Assembly (NCBI RefSeq): GCF_003918875.1
Contig: NW_025766081.1
Coordinates: forward strand, 1,178,001 to 1,242,000
Length of the DNA: 64,000 bases
Direction: 5' to 3'
Origin: Haliotis rubra
Taxonomy: Eukaryota
Made by a program: the position numbers and the translations under genes. Below, in pieces: positions 62,389 to 64,000 of the stretch (positions are counted from its first letter, which is position 1; the number at the start of each line of letters is the position of its first letter). The notes beneath the pieces are model-generated. The model was not told the DNA's origin. It ran no database searches and saw only the letters and a list, made by a program, of their open reading frames with translations.

Positions 62389-62394
62389 AATAAA
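62389..62394 (+). terminator. Putative TCP1 polyadenylation signal
   Basis: AATAAA about 270 nt after the stop codon, followed by T/GT-rich sequence. Confidence 0.65.
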
Positions 62395-62529
62395 AGTGCT
62401 ATCTCTGATGATGTTTATCATTGTTTATTCCTGGTTTCAGAAGAACTCTGGTAGTTTTAGATTTTGATAGGAGTGAACTGAGCTGAACTTTTTAAGGTGT
62501 GGAAGGATAACAATATATGGATGGACAGT

Positions 62530-63179
62530 TTTTTATCCCCCCGGCATGTAATGCGGGGGGATATAGTCGACACCTCGTCCGTCCGTCCGTAATCATTTTG
62601 TTTCCGGAGCATAACTAAAAAAACGTTCAATATTTTTCAACAACACTTGGTAGATATATCTAACAGAACCTAAAGTGGTGCCTTTTGCTATTTACAGATT
62701 TTTGGCATTTCTATTTTCTTGGTTTCCATGGAAACGATTTGAACGTAGTCTCAAAAGGGAGAGGTGGGCTTTGTTTCCGGAGCACAACTCGAAAACCATT
62801 CAATATCTTTCAACAGAACTTGGCAGATATATGAGACAGATCTTTAAGTGGTGCCTCTTGCTATTTGCAGATTTTTGTCATATTTATTTTTCCCGGTTTC
62901 CATGGAAATGATCTGGACATAGTCTCAACTGAGAGGGGTGAGCTTCGTTTCCGGAGCACAACTCGGAAACAGTTCAATATCTTTCTGCAAGACTTGGTAG
63001 ATATAGTGGTGCCTTTTGCTATTTGCAGATTTTTGGCATTTTTATTTTTCATGATTTCCATGGACAAATTGGACCTAGTCCAAAAAAATCAAGTTGGACT
63101 TTAAGTAATTGTCAGTTGATTTGTTCTTTCAAATTTATGGGGGCCAGGGGGATTTGTCATCTTCTGATGACTCTTGTTT
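62530..63179 (+). mobile_element. Helentron-associated non-autonomous element (HINE/DINE-1/pearl-like) with about 174-bp core repeats
   Basis: T-run start, subterminal inverted repeat TATCCCCCCG / CGGGGGGATA, (GTCC)n, three cores starting GTTTCCGGAGCAYAACT near 62601, 62774 and 62948, 3' hairpin GTCATC-TTCT-GATGAC. Confidence 0.78.
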
Positions 63180-63780
63180 ATTACAGTGGTGGTGACGTTT
63201 TGGTGCAGATGCTACCACCCTTATCAAGCATCATTCTTAGTGCTCCAACTTCTAAAAGTCTCTCAAGTTATGATGGTGTGTTTATATGCACGTTTAGATA
63301 TGACAGTAAACTCCATGTCTGTCAGTTCATTGTAAGCATGTTCGTTTAAATACATATTAAGGGGAGCCCCAGACACTTCGTGAAGTTTGTGTATGTTACA
63401 GTTGAAATGCAACTTCTGGTTACAAACTTCCTTGAGAGGCATTTTAGAAGTTGTAAGTATGGAAAACCAATTTCTGTGGATATTCACACCCTGGATATAA
63501 CAACCCAGAATTGGTGATCCGTTTAGTTTATTATAGCTGTAGTTAAACATATAGTATTTTCACCAGTCTGCAAAAGGGATCATTTCTATTCAAGAAGGAA
63601 GTCAACTCTTTTCAACATCACAGTCGGTGGTGTAGCATAGTACCAATGTATATGTGTAGTACCGGTACACTTGATTGCATTCTAGACCTGTCAAGCGTTG
63701 GTGGGGTAGTCTAGTGGTTAGCCTAGTCCTCCTGTCGTGATGTTGCTGGAATATTGCTTAAAACCATACCCGATCTCATT

Positions 63781-64000
63781 AGACCTGTGAAGATCCAGGT
63801 TAGAATTGGTCTTCACCAACCCATGCTTGTCGTAAAAGGCGACTAACGGGATCAGGTGTTCAGGCTCGCTGACTTAGTCAACATATATCATCGTATCCCA
63901 ATTGCATACATCGAGGGGCAGTGGGGTAGCCTAATGGTTTAAGTGCTGTTGATCACCGGAATTTACATGGGTACAACTGAAGCCCATTTTTACAGTCCCC
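63781..64000 (+). mobile_element. Family B retroposon interrupted near 63914 by a degenerate family A SINE (runs off the window)
   Basis: GACCTGTGAAGATCCAGGTTAG head, then GGGGCAGTGGGGTAGCCTAATGG. Confidence 0.8.

Noticed and set aside
63185-63660. Possible tail-to-tail neighbour gene (ACAT2 in vertebrates) or the 95-aa minus-strand ORF
   Set aside because: No thiolase motifs; it shares a short segment with 4722 and is more likely a decayed repeat.

Overview
AT-rich, intron-containing animal genomic DNA; the repeat landscape suggests a mollusc, possibly an abalone-like gastropod (inference). Two host loci, both on the + strand. (1) A tandem cluster of six class A (rhodopsin-like) orphan GPCR copies with single-exon coding regions at 12.1-43.7 kb: four intact, one clear pseudogene, one frameshifted. 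Their arrangement fits an unequal crossover that duplicated about 8 kb. (2) A complete 12-exon TCP1/CCT1 (chaperonin CCT alpha) gene at 46615-62122 whose intron 5 is a U12-type intron and whose introns carry two minisatellites. The rest is largely transposon-derived: a tRNA-Asp-like SINE (family A), a V-SINE-like copy, Gypsy and BEL/Pao relics, L1/Tx1, RTE, RTE-X and Penelope fragments, Tc1 relics, several MITE families and a Helentron-type HINE. The top lead is a second abundant short retroposon (family B, about 240 nt). It is TSD-flanked, shares its 3' tail with the tRNA SINE and has no tRNA or Pol III head. It instead begins at a fixed position with a 4-way-junction, kissing-loop fold showing compensatory changes, a candidate uncharacterised self-cleaving ribozyme or structured RNA. 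All coordinates were counted by eye; repeat boundaries are approximate.
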